DNA of 63,965 nt, filler included, from Reticulomyxa filosa (taxonomy: Eukaryota; Protista; Foraminifera), in NCBI GenBank assembly GCA_000512085.1. It is 20 parts of 20 records of this genome, joined end to end, with 100 filler letters (N's around TTAATTAATTAA, not from the genome) between each part and the next. Parts side by side here need not be neighbours in the genome. Positions count along the whole stretch, not along the records: positions 50,054 to 57,179 come from ASPP01020610.1; positions 57,280 to 59,118 come from ASPP01013807.1; positions 59,219 to 61,547 come from ASPP01002405.1; positions 61,648 to 62,862 come from ASPP01049360.1; positions 62,963 to 63,965 come from ASPP01015944.1; 15 more parts are not named here. The stretch is one strand, 5' to 3'. A model generated the notes under the pieces. It was given only the letters and a program-made list of their open reading frames with translations. It ran no database searches and was not told where the DNA came from. The translations under genes were made by a program, and so were the position numbers. Positions 50,107-63,009 of this stretch are shown here, in pieces; within the stretch, counting starts at the first letter, position 1; each line of letters begins with the position of its first letter.

Positions 50107-50810
50107 GTCGCTCTCTTTCTGCTAGAGGTGCTATCGAACTAGATCCGGATCTGCCCGAGGCGCACGCATTGCAAAAGTGGGTGAATGACAGAAAGAAAAA
50201 CTTTGGTGATATTCGGATGATAACGCGCACCGAGCTTAAAAACTATTCCAGACTGCCTCGATTGAATTTCTGCCAAGTGCAGGAGCAGTTTGACCAAATT
50301 CGTGACCTTAAACCCACTTCTGTGACAGGCTCCATCTTTATAGTTAAAGCCACCATCATCAACATTTCTTGCAAACCTGAAACGCCGCCTTGGTATAAGG
50401 CTGCTCCCGACAGTCTCAAAAGCAAAGTGGTGAGCAATGGCTCTGGCATGTGGTGTTGTGTTAAAACGAACAAAATCTATCCAAGTTATGATCTCAGGTA
50501 TGTGTTGAAATGCTGTCTCGCCGATTGGTCTGGGCAAGTGTGGACTATCACTTTCGATGAGGTCGCGCAAGATATCCTGCTAGTAAAGGCCACCGTTCCT
50601 GAAAAACATTTGATTAATAATGATTTAGATAGTTATTATGATGTTTTTGACAGTCGTCGCTTTCAAACTAAGCTCTTCAAGGTCATTTCTAAACCTTTTC
50701 ATACTAATGGCGTTTCCAGAACTCGCTTGCATATCCTTGCTGTGCAGGATGTTGACGTTATCGCAGAGTGCTTCCATCTCTTGTATGAAATTGCCAAGTT
50801 AGACAGCTAA
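50107..50810 (+). CDS. RPA1: Replication protein A 70-kDa subunit-like C-terminus (DBD-C), 5'-partial
   Basis: GRSLS...I.LDPD.PEA..L.KW, F.VKATI, WYKA.P...KV, RYVL...LAD.SG..W...FDEVA..IL. Confidence 0.85.
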
Positions 50811-51512
50811 TCTTTTCTGATCCCATTTTGTTTTTATTTACATGCAACCTTTTTTTTTCCAAAGCTGTCACAAGAGGCATCATTTTTTTAATTGAAAATT
50901 TTTCAAATTTTTTTAAAAACATCAATATTGTCTAAAAGAAAAGTCACTTTCATATTAAAATGATAATTGTTTGCTCATAATCTGCTATATCACGTTTCCG
51001 CTTGTAGACTTTTGACTTTACAGAACTTTGAACTAAAACTGTCAGGAAACGAAAACAAACTTTAAAATCATGTCAGCAATAAAAGACAGTTAGTTTCATG
51101 CATATACCACATTAAAGAAAAAGCTCTGCTATTGTCTGCTCATATGATCTTTTATGTGTTTTGCTAGCAAACAACGAAACCGCGCTGTTGTCGACTCCAG
51201 TTGCAACAAATACACAAGTTAAACCTAAAAAAATGTACAAATATAATTAGCTTTCTTTGTTTTCTTCCATTTTTGCAAGAATCGAACAAAAAACATTACT
51301 TTTGTGTAAAACAGACAATCAATGGCAAAATGAAAGATCAAAGGTTTGACCACGCATTAAAAAAAAAAAGTAATAAAAACAAAAAAAAAAAAAATGTAGC
51401 AAAAACGAAAGCGAAACGAGCCTAAAAGGAAAAGAAGTCGAAAAAGAGAGTTAAAAAAGGAGAGAGAAAAAAAAAGATAGAAAATACGAAATATATAAAA
51501 ATTAAATTTGTA

Positions 51513-53868
51513 ATGACAACAATAGAGGACAGTATGTTCGACGTAGTAGAAAATGGAGAACGTCCTTTACCTGGACAGGTTGTCTTTCCGTTGACATATG
51601 ACTTAGAAAAGGACTTGTTGGAGTGCCGCAAAAGGTATAATGTCTAAACAAAAACAACAACAAATCGAATTGGAGTGAACAGTGAATGTGTCTGACAACA
51701 ATGCAAAAGGTTCGGCAACGAGTATGCAGAGTTGATGGAGCAAAAGTTTGTGGAGACCATCGCGACCATGAGCAGCAACAATGATGGTAGCAGCGGCGGA
51801 CATGACAATAGCGATGCCATTACATTCTCTGTATCACAATGGAATATGTTGGCAGATGGGTTGTGTGGGGGCTACAGTTAAGTTTTGCACGAGTCAAAGC
51901 TGATGGACAAAAAAAATATATATATATACATATATAAAAAAAAAAACCCCCTTTCTTTTGTATATATTGTGCATGCGCACAATGTGATACGCGTTTACAG
52001 AGACATATGTAAACACAAATTATCTTTATATCTTTGTTTGTATGTAATGAACATTGAATTGTGTATCATCTGTGTCAATCAAAACTGTTTAGAATTAAAT
52101 GTAATCATTTTGAATAAAATGTGTTGTGGTTTGTCTGTGTTGTAACTGCCGTGGGCTTTTGTCACATTGGTTATCTCTACCTTTAATTGATTGATCGATC
52201 GGTGGACAGCCGAAGTGGATACCGCCAAGTCATTTGTTGGCGTGGATAAAGCCTGTTTGCGATGGTCCTATCGTGGATTGCGAATTGTGGAAGCATTGTA
52301 CCAAAGGAACACCGATTTGGTGTGCATTGAGGAGTGCGACCAAGACGAGTTTTTGATCAAGTATTTGACAAAAAAAGGCTATGAGTGCTATTACCAGAGG
52401 AAGCACAAAGCTCCTGCACAAAAAGTGATCGAGGAGTTGCGGCAAGACCGAAAAGCCTCGAAGAATGAGCTGCCAAGCAACTTTGTGCTGAACAATGACG
52501 GAATTTTGCTTGCGTTCAAAATGGATAAATTTGCACTGAAAACAAAGCCAATCCGTATTAGCGATAAAGACAACACTGCCAAAGTGGTGGCCTTGGCACT
52601 CCATCTCGAACATATTGCCAATCCTTGTCTGCAATTCCTGTTTGTTGGTACACACTTGAAATCCGAAAAGTCTCCAGAGGGCGAAGTGATAAGAAAGGAC
52701 AAATCCAATTGCTATTTGAAAAGCTTTTGCCGGCTTCATTTGCGTCATATTCGACGAAGGAGGAAGAAGACAAAGGTAAAAGTAAAACCAAAAGTAAAGG
52801 TAAAGAGAAAGATAAGGAAAAGGATAAATGTCCCAACTCCTTACGCTTCCCGGTGCTCTTATGTTGCGATTTGAATGCGACGCCGAAAAAGAGTGAAAAG
52901 GCTGCAGGCACTGTAGAGCCTTTGTGTTATCAACAATTAACCCGTGAAATGGGCTTTGTATCCGCATATGTGCAGGGCCAATTAACAGAACCCCCTTTCA
53001 CCACTTTCAAATCTCGCCAACACGGAATCGATAAACATACCATTGATTATATATTTACCCGCGATTTCCCTTGTCGCATTACGCATCTTTTGCAACTCAC
53101 TTCGCCACCGAACGTGGTCATTCCTCATTGGACGTACCCAAGTGATCACTTTGCCATTGGCTGCATCTTGCAATGGCGAGGCACGTTGGCAGCTGCGAAG
53201 AAGTCGGATCAGGTCCGCTTGTCCGTCGATTTGGCTGAAAAAGTGAAACAAATAAATCCTCCAGCAAGTGTGAATAAAAACAACAACACTAGTGAAGCGG
53301 CGAATTCATTTGATGCCTCGAATAGTACTTCATCAATCCTTCTTGATGATGCTTCCTTGCAACCGCTTGTGAAAGATATCATGGCTTTCACTCCAAAATC
53401 TTCGCCAAGAAAAACTCAAAGCCAAAAGCGATCTAGACTCTGCTTCTCGGCAAAATGCCTTTTTACAGCGAAATGTTCGAGCATTAATTGAACAAAAGCA
53501 AAATCTGGATAATAATATTGGCCAACAAACCAAAGTACTGTCTGAATTTCAAGTTATCTAGTGTTGATGCCTTTTTGGCTCATTGTCTTGTGTCAAACAT
53601 GTTTTCGAGCTGTTTGTACGCATGTACTTTTTTTAAAATGTATTGATATTGAATATATGCACATATATAGGCCCTTTGCCAACTTCTCAAAGATCAGGTC
53701 AATGATGCCAATATGGAAGCTCTCCGTTGTAAGCAATTCAATAACCAATTGACTGAATTTCAATCGTTACAAAAAAGTTCACTCTTCCCTTCCTATTTTG
53801 CCGCTGAACAAGACGATGACGAAGATACTCATAATGATGACGATGAAAACGACAACAAGACCGATTAA
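51513..53868 (+). CDS. NOCT: Nocturnin/CCR4-like EEP phosphodiesterase, multi-exon
   Basis: QWNMLADGL, L.W.YR...I, DLVCIEECD, THLKS, CDLNA, EPPFTTFK.R...TIDYIF, YPSDH. Homopolymer frameshift near 52695. Confidence 0.82.
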
Positions 53869-54498
53869 TCAAAAAATAACATAGCTGAAATATTAGCACA
53901 AATCCTTATTAGTTATTTTGGCCTTAGCCTTTTGTGCCCATCTTTTTTTTAAGTATGTGTTAATAATTAAGTTTTAGTAATTCATTTTTTCACACTTTCC
54001 ATTGAAAAAGTCATTTTGTCAATCTGCAACAATTTTTAAAGCTAAAACGGGATATCCATTTTTATCACAAAATTTTTTAGTTGAGAAAAAAGACAAAAAA
54101 TTTAAGGAAAATGCATTATCTATTTTTTGTCAAAAACATTCTTTGGGAACAGTTTGAAATTTGATGCATGGTTGCACAAGCTTTCAAAGTTAAAAAATTA
54201 TAACAATTCCTTAGATTGTGTTATCTCCAGCAAAGGGTATGTGAGCGTTCACTCACAACCGCGCTCATCTTAAATGTAACCCTCACGTTTAAAAAAAAGT
54301 TTAGACCACCACTCAAAAACAAAAAACTACACAGCCGCAGAATCACTATTATTACATGAATGTAATCTCTCGCTTGAAACACCCTATAGGTGACAAGATA
54401 AAAAGGGGAAAAAAGAAAAAAAAAAATTGATCAAAATATTTTGAAAAAACATTAAATTCGCTCATATCTTATCAGCGAATGATAAGGTACCTTGAAAG

Positions 54499-57020
54499 TT
54501 ACCTTTTTGGATTAAAGTGAGGTGAATTACTAATAACAAACTCTTGAATCATTGATCTTAAGCCATGATTTGGAAATAATTGCACAGTGACAAGTGGTTG
54601 ATTGGTCATGGGTGAAGTGTTGTTTTTGATAAGCCAACTTTCAATGGCTGTTCTTTCATAACAAAACCCATCGCTGCAAATGACAGGTTCTTTCATAATA
54701 TCTCGAGTAATAGGACATAAGAATTCCTCTGGCGTTTCCAACTTTAGAGGAGTGTCTACCTTATTATTGCTATTCGTTTCGGTTTTGTCTTTGTTGAATA
54801 GCTTAGTTGTAATTGAATATTGCAAAGATTTTTGACCTTTTTGTCTAGAATCATTCTCATAGTCATCATCTCCATCATTATCTTCGTCATTATCTTCATC
54901 ATTGCCATCCAATTCGTCATCGTTGTTATCACCTCCGTCATGACCCTCTTCTCCTTGCACTTTGCCCCTTGCACCTTTGCTTAGGTTTTGGCTTTGGCTA
55001 CGTTTCCTGATTTGGTCCGATTTCGTTGAGTGCAGTGATAACAAAGAGCCGGAAGAGCCTATCACAACACCATCTGCAGGTGTCACTTGTACGATTTTAT
55101 CACTGTCTGTGCCTCTTCCAGGGGAAGGAGACTGATCTCCCCCAGTGCCATCAAGTTCATATATATTACAACCCCCCCCCCCAAAAAAAAAATTTACAAA
55201 TATGACAATACTACTCTACAAGCAAACAAACAAAAAAAAAACAAACAAAGAAATAAATTGATAACCATAGATTGTCGTTTTGGATTATTTTTGTTGCGCA
55301 CTCGATCGATATGAAACATGATGACTCGCCGATCTTTACTGTCACGAATACCACACATCTTCAAAACAGTATTGTTGATGCTGTCCAGTAAAGGTTCGTC
55401 CGGTGCGGAGTCACTCCAATCGCTTTCCCACTCGCCATATTCGCCAATGCCAACACTTCCTTCTCTTCCATTTTCTTGTTCCTCTTCTTGTCTCTGTTGT
55501 TTAAATTCTCGTTCTTGTTGCTGTTGTTGTTGGGATTCATATTTCTGTTCTTCCAATTTGACCTTTATCTTTAAATCGCTTTTAGGAGAGACTTTGGTGT
55601 TATTGTCAAGAACAATGATCGGAAGGTCGTTTTTGCTTTTTTCAGTCGGTTTGTCTGTTGGTTGCAGCAACGGACTACGTATTTGCTGTGCAAAGAAAGG
55701 TCTTGGAGAATGCATGGAAGTGAGACTATTGTTGTCCGAGGAGGCTTGAAGAGAAGGAGTGGCATGTATCGATGGACTGACAATGATAGTGGTAATAGCA
55801 GTTGCAGTTGCAGTTGCAGTTACAATTGCAGGTGTAATTGTTTTGTGATTGGATTGCGAAGCGGACAAATCAACGGACAGTGAGTCGCAGTCCAAAGCAG
55901 CGTCGGTATCAATCGTTTGCAAAATATCGTCTAAAATTTCTTGTGTGTTTTGCAGATCGCTTTGACTGCCGACGCTCACATTGTCGATGGCTGCAAGTCC
56001 ATCACCGTCCGGGCTTTTGTTCACGTCATCTGCATTCAAAGAAAGAGGGGGGCCAGAGATGTCGACGTCCATTTTCATTGGATGAAGCGCTGGCGATATC
56101 ATATCCAACTCCACGTCCAACTCATCACTGCTCAGCTCCCAGACTTGGTTCTTCTCATGCGTTCGTTTGTTCTCAGTGTCGTCTCTAACACTACCGTTGC
56201 CATTGTTTTCTTTCTTTTCGATTTCTTCCAATGTTTTCTCTTCACTTATTACCTATTTGTTATACATATATATATATATATATATTTATGTATATACATA
56301 TATGATTGCTTGTTTTGTAATTGTAATTCGTAACAATTTTGGGGACAGGCGATGCTGGATTGTTGACTACATTGCGTGTGTTTCTTCGGAAGTACTTTCC
56401 ATTGGACGAAGAAGCGGCATGCTCATGATGCGGCTTGTCTGTTGTCGGGAATGACTTGATTCGCTTGATTTCGACGGGCGTGGCTTGCGAGGGCAATTGC
56501 AGATGCAGCTCCGATTGCAAGTGTTCTTCAGTCACTGAACTTTTGCTAATGGTCAGATGTCGAGGCAATTGCAATTGCAATTGCGGCTGAACTTGTGGTT
56601 GTGATTGTGATTGTGGTGGCAATTGCACTGATGACGACGACGGAGATTGAGATTGAGATAAAGAATGAGATTGCAATTGCAATGGTGACAATTTGCCCTG
56701 TCGCTCCTCACTTTTGGAGTTAGTGGTCTTTTGTTTGCGTTGATGAACGCTGCGATGGAAGTGTGCTTTGATCACGTCTTCTTTTTCTTGCAAGTTTTTA
56801 AGTTTGAAAAGTCCCTCTTTGTACTTGTAAAAGCGGCCACTTTTGTCCAGCGTACAGATCCAAGCCACCACATCTTCCAATGTCCACAGTCGCCAAGACT
56901 CCTCAAGCAGCTCCTTTTTCTTGTTGTATTCTTGTTGCAACTCGAGGTTGTACACCAATGGCTGCTTTATCACGCGCGTCTTCAAATGCTCGATGCTTGT
57001 CGACGCTTTCTGCAATAACA
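54499..57020 (-). CDS. U-box E3 ligase-like protein with split SAM-like domain (5'-partial)
   Basis: PEEFLCPITRDIMKEPV..SDG..YER.AI..WL....TSPMTN.PL....L.PN..LRSMI (U-box). SAM-like halves at ~56810-56895 and ~55300-55395. Confidence 0.85.
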
Positions 57021-57143
57021 CAAACATTTTCTTTTGTTCTATACATATATTACATTCGAGTTATCAGTGCCAAGTTATTGCATTTATTTGTCCAAACGTT
57101 AGTGACGCCCCCCCCCCAAAATAAAGTTCATTGTTAAAATTTC

Positions 57144-57179
<36 letters not shown>

Positions 57180-58329
57180 NNNNNNNNNNNNNNNNNNNNN
57201 NNNNNNNNNNNNNNNNNNNNNNNTTAATTAATTAANNNNNNNNNNNNNNNNNNNNNNNNNNNNNNNNNNNNNNNNNNNNTTTTTTTTGATGAACAACGAG
57301 ACTAATGGCAATTAGTTTTTTGTGTGTATTTGCACATTTGTTTTGGCTTCGCTTCCTCTCTTTGATTAATTAAATCTTTTTCGTGTAAGTGGTTCAAATT
57401 TTAATAAATTTGTCCCATTGTACATTTTAAAAAAAAAACTATTTTCCTTATCTAAGTGCTGGCATTCTGGTCTTCTTTAATATAAATAAAAGCTTATTAA
57501 AAACTCGGCTTATCAGCATTTCGGTACAAAACACGGACAAAAAAACACGAGCAAAAAAGTTGTGAATATTCGCAGAAAAGTATATATATCACGATATTGC
57601 ATGTAGATCTAAATAACAATTTACAATTTTTATTCCATTGAGTGGTTAACTTTTTACTTTGTAATTTTAACTGAATTTAGGTTGCGATAATTGTATAAAT
57701 AGTTTTTTAATTGTCAGTCTTAATTCTTTGATATGTATATGTTGATTTATAGTTACGGTTTTTAATTCTTTTTTCAAAAAAAAATTATTTTTGCTGTGAT
57801 TTTATTGCTTGTGTATTTCGTCAGTGTTTATTCTTTCACTATTTTAATGACTCCTTGTACTTGTGGGATTTGCTAAATATCACTCGGCTGGCATAAAGTG
57901 TAATACGAAAATCTCTTTTTAAGAGATATTTTTCAATAAAAAAACTAAAACCTTTATTTTGCTTCTACTTTCAATTTAAAATATCGACAATATTTTAAAA
58001 GGGCCATTTTCAGGAAAATGCAACAAATGAAAATATTGAACTACTTTTAAATATTAGAAGTAGTCAATAAAATATAGTGTGAAAATGTGTTTGATGTTAA
58101 CATTGATAAATAATTTTGTATATCAAGTAGTGAAAAGTGTACATTACGTCTTTATGACCCTTTCATCAAATCACTTTCCTCGCTGCAGTAAAATTCGCAT
58201 TTTTAGACAATATACGCGGCACACGAGAAAAAGAAGGGACCGGAGCTAAAGCAAAGAGAGTAAAGAAAAACAATAAATGAAAAATATCATTCACACTTTT
58301 ATAGTCAATTATATAAAATTCTGGTCAGC

Positions 58330-59045
58330 AGATATTTCAATAAAGACCTTGTTCAAGCCCAATGCCAACATTGAAAATGACGGAGCAAACATTCCTGATG
58401 AAGACGTGCACTTTGCCCCAGCACTGAAGCATCATCAAACGGAAAGTTTGATGGAGCTGTATGTATTTTTCATAGTAAGTAAAGAGAGAGCATGAAAAGA
58501 GGGTTTCATTATTCGACATGCTAAAAAAAAAAGAAGAAAGGGGGGGAGAGGAGAAAAGAGAGAGGAAAAAAATACAAGTAAAGAATAACCAAACATAAAA
58601 AAAAAAAAAAAAAAAATGAAGATGTTGGTAGTAGTGGCATCGTTGGCAGCAACGAATTGGGGACGAACACAACTCCACAAACGATGTCGCTTGCACAAGT
58701 TTCAACACTACAGTTCATCGCCAATTCATTGGATAAACTTTGTGATAGGGAGATTGGTAATGGTGCGCAATCACTTGCAGATGATATTGAACAACGACAT
58801 GTGGGACGATGAAAAAGGTGACGTAAATGATAAGACAAGCAAGCACAAGTTGAGAGCATTGAAGCAGAAGAAAAGACAGCTAAACAACCACGTATGCGCT
58901 GCAAAGCAGCCGTGCATTGGCATTGTTATTGGCAACGATGTTGGATTGGTGGGACGTTCTAATTCAGGTGCAATCTGTGTTCATTCCAATCGGTACAGCC
59001 AAAGTGGTATCACGTTGCAGTGCGACAAGACTGGATCGATGGCAA

Positions 59046-59097
<52 letters not shown>

Positions 59098-59118
59098 TCA
59101 GGAGGATGATGATGATGA
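58330..59118 (+). CDS. Hypothetical protein fragments with poly-Asn/Asp end
   Basis: Two coding-like exons separated by an A-rich intron-like segment. Confidence 0.35.
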
Positions 59119-59218
59119 NNNNNNNNNNNNNNNNNNNNNNNNNNNNNNNNNNNNNNNNNNNNTTAATTAATTAANNNNNNNNNNNNNNNNNNNNNNNNNN
59201 NNNNNNNNNNNNNNNNNN

Positions 59219-60193
59219 AATTTGGATGGATTCACGATTTTGACAAACTTGTTGTTAATTATTATGTTTTTGATTATCAAATATTTAAATACTATTTTCA
59301 TTACTTACACAGATAAATAGATTTTTTAGACTTGACACATTTCGTTCATAATCTGAATTACGCAAGACTTTTACTGGGCACACTGGTAATGTGTGGAGTG
59401 TTGATTATACAACATTTGGTAATTGCCAATTGATTTGTTCTGAATCATCTGATAAAACAGTTCGTGCATGGAATTTAGAGACCAAAAACAAATTCAATTA
59501 TTCAACGGACATTCAGATACTGTGTATTGTGCAAAATTTTCACAATATCATAATCTTAATTATCACTGTAATGTTATTTACTCTTCATCGGATGACAAAA
59601 CCATTCGCTTTTGGGATATCAAAGATAATCAACAATTACAAATGTTTAGCGAGCACACTGAAAGTGTTTGTGGAATTGAGTTTTCATCATTTAGTGGTGG
59701 CCGATATTTGTGTTCTGGATCTGATGATAATACTATCTGTTTATGTGATGTTGAAACATCCAAATTATTGCATACTTTCTGTGGACATACAAATATTGTT
59801 TGATGCGTGGATATTTCACCACTGCCAAACAATAGTAATAATAATGATAACAAAAGTAATAGTATTGGTGTGATTGGTGGTAATGGATATACAATTTCAT
59901 GGGACATAAACATTATGTAAATGCTGTTGAATATTCATTGTTTGTAGTAGATAATATCGAAGTTGGTGGTAATTCAAATGTGATATGTTCTGGATCAGAA
60001 GATAACACGATTCGATTCGGGGATATTCGATCAAACAAGAATGAATTGTACGTATCAAAGGATATAAAAGAGATATAATATATCTTAAATTTTAAAGAAT
60101 GAAAAAGAACAGTGAAAAAAAAAGGGAAATAACTGTAGTGTTGTTAATTTATGTTATGGTTCGTACAATGGTCGTGTTTGCATTTGGGGATAG
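59219..60193 (+). pseudogene. WD40-family pseudogene
   Basis: Close paralog of 23155-24529 (FGWIHDFDKLVVNY...LCYGS..G..CIWG*) with frameshifts, an in-frame TGA and an internal deletion. Confidence 0.85.
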
Positions 60194-61004
60194 AATTTTT
60201 TTACAATAAAAATGTGATTTTGATTAAACTAAACGAAGGAATTTTTTTCAGCATGATATCTCCATTCTCTGGCTAAATTTTTTGTTTTCAATGTGAATTG
60301 ATTTCATTCACCTTAGTCACATTTATTGAACGAAATTGCATGTATTTTAATGGACGAATATGTTCAATAGATTTTGCAAAAACGTGTTTTATTAAGAAAA
60401 AAACACAACATCCATTATAATATAATTGAGAGTTTAATACAGTTGAATTTAAAGCTATGGTAACGTAGATAATTTTTTTTTAGATGAATTGTGATAAACT
60501 ATGATAAAATGTTGAGCTTTTTTTCTTAAAACCAGTCAAGTGGCTGAATTTTAAAGTATGACTTTTTCAATGAAAAAAACGACAATTGTAAAGGTAAATT
60601 TTTTTTGCAACTGTTGCATACTTTTTCTGGTTAGGTCTCTCATTCAATTGTATTACAGTAAAAAAGAGATTGTGACTGACTAGTTTTTTTGTTCAATTAT
60701 GCAACCCTTTTGTTCCATTGACCAAACAAAGAATGTTTCACAATTTGCATCAAGCTCATCGACCAGTTTCGCAATTTGTGTTTTATTTGAGTCACTAGAT
60801 AACAAGTAGATCTCATATCTTATTTTCGTTGCAAAAAATTAAAAAGACATCAATCTAACTCTTAATCCCAATTTAAATTTTAACAAAGCCAAATTTTTGT
60901 TAAAATAATTTATCACCATGTAAAATACTTTTTTGTCTTTTAAAGGTCATGTCACATGCCCCTTTTTAAAAGAAAAAGTTAGAACTACTTAAAAAAAATT
61001 CAAC

Positions 61005-61547
61005 ATGGCTGATCAAAATACACAAAAACCTATTGAAACACAAACTTCCTTTCAAAGTTTGAAGGATTTGCCCACTCCATTTACGCAAGCTCAATGTGTG
61101 CCACACGAGCACGAATTCCTCATTTGTAGGGGTAAATGTAAAAGAGATTGTTATTCTTATCATTTACTCAAAAACGAATACAAGTTTATCTGCAGGTATC
61201 CAGATGATGTCTATTTAAAAGGGCATTGTGTAGTGAAATTAACAGATAGTAACAAAAACAGTAATCAAATCACTTTGTTGTCTTTTGATGGAGAATATAA
61301 ACATACATTGACGATGAAGTATGTAAGTGTTTGGAATAATGACAATAATGAAAATGAAATGGATAAATTAAAGAAATCAAATAATTACAATAAATGGATT
61401 CCATTCACAGACAATCACAATAATCAAATTCACATTGGAGGAGCTGGAGATCATTATGAAGGAGTGCGTGCAGTAATTGGTGGAAGCAACAATAATTTGT
61501 TATAGTTTATTATTAGTGTATTTGATTTAAATATATTTCAATTTATT
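61005..61547 (+). pseudogene. Kelch-like family gene, probably pseudogene (3'-truncated)
   Basis: FQSLKDLPTPFTQAQCV.H..E.LIC...CYSYH.LKNEYKFIC.YP...GHCVVKL...GVRAVIGGSNNNLL then a premature TAG. Paralog of 29832-30829. Confidence 0.75.
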
Positions 61548-61689
61548 NNNNNNNNNNNNNNNNNNNNNNNNNNNNNNNNNNNNNNNNNNNNTTAATTAAT
61601 TAANNNNNNNNNNNNNNNNNNNNNNNNNNNNNNNNNNNNNNNNNNNNGGTGCTTAGTTACTTTCAATATATAATATCTTTCTAATGCTC

Positions 61690-62350
61690 AATTGTCCTTG
61701 TTGTTTGCTCTGTGTGTCTTGATAGATAATGTTCTGGGGGTAATTCCCACATCCAGACACTTCATGTCAAATTTATATCAAACCATTTCAAACTTATATC
61801 GCCTGGTCTATGCTGCGTTTCGTTGTTGGCACGTACCTCACTCTCGTGTGGAATACAGACTCGCTTTAATAGGTTGGAAATTCAAGCGACTACTCCATCA
61901 TGGCGGACAACACAAAGCATTGTTACAATACTTATCCATTGGCGTTGTGTAAGCGGGATTTGCTTAGCACTTGGTATTGAAGGTATGCCTTTGTCCCATG
62001 CGGAAACGCAGCAATTAACAAAACTCGCAGTTGTAGAAGAGCGAGCGCTGGAATTTGCTGGGGCGAGCATTGAGAAAACCAGATGCATGTGGCTTGGATA
62101 TCGTCTTAACCAATGTGCTGTGTTCTGGGGTCATTTTATCACGAAGTTCGCTTTGTATACGTGATGTAATCTTTTTGGATAAGCGAACTTGGTTTAGAAT
62201 GAAGGCCTAGTCAATGATGTTATTGTAGCCGTGTATTTTTATTGTAATGAGTAATGGCACCTTCAACCTCGGATTGATGTCCATTCAACGTTTTGGATAT
62301 GGGAATGGATCAATGTTAATTGTTGGCTCGCTGTTAGAGCTGATGCAATG
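61690..62350 (-). mobile_element. Degenerate non-LTR retrotransposon C-terminus (restriction-like endonuclease type, CRE/R2-like)
   Basis: HASGFLNARP...EFC*LLRFRMG...C...MDKY.N.AL.C / VRHDGV...E...RPGDI...CLDVGIT: zinc-knuckle region plus RH, E, RPxD and D motifs of RLE elements, with stops and shifts. Confidence 0.7.
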
Positions 62351-63009
62351 AATGCCGCACTGGACTGGACATTTGCAGAATTTAGGCCTGTCAATACATT
62401 CTATATATTTTTAATGTCCAAATACCTTAGATTTTCTTTCTTGTATATATTTATTCCATCAAAGTAAGTAATTATATGTCATTGGAAAGTCTTAATTCCA
62501 GCCATTAAACAAATTATTATAATAAAAATATTTATTACATGAAACTATTGCATTTGGCATATTGTTATAAAAAATAACGATATCATCTCTCTCTTTGACT
62601 AAGTAATTACTTGTTATATTTGAGAAATTGTTTTTAAAAATTGCGGGTCATTTTTCATTTTTTTTTTAAACTGTTTTTTAAGATAACCACTTTTTTTTTT
62701 TGAAAAACAGGTAAAAGGGGAATGTGATCACGTTTTTTTAATTTTCGTCATGTAATGTTTGTTTGCTAAGAACAAACTACAAGCTTTCCTTCCTGCTTGC
62801 TCGTGTTAGATATAGGAAGAATGTGTCCTCATGAATACTCACGAAGCTTTGAGTTTTTGTTTNNNNNNNNNNNNNNNNNNNNNNNNNNNNNNNNNNNNNN
62901 NNNNNNTTAATTAATTAANNNNNNNNNNNNNNNNNNNNNNNNNNNNNNNNNNNNNNNNNNNNGTGTTGTGTTGTGTTGTGTTGTGTTGTATGTTTGTCGA
63001 TACGTTTTA

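Noticed and set aside
52685-52705. Programmed ribosomal frameshifting (also ~920, ~39740, ~43535)
   Set aside because: All are single-base differences in homopolymer runs, typical of pyrosequencing error.
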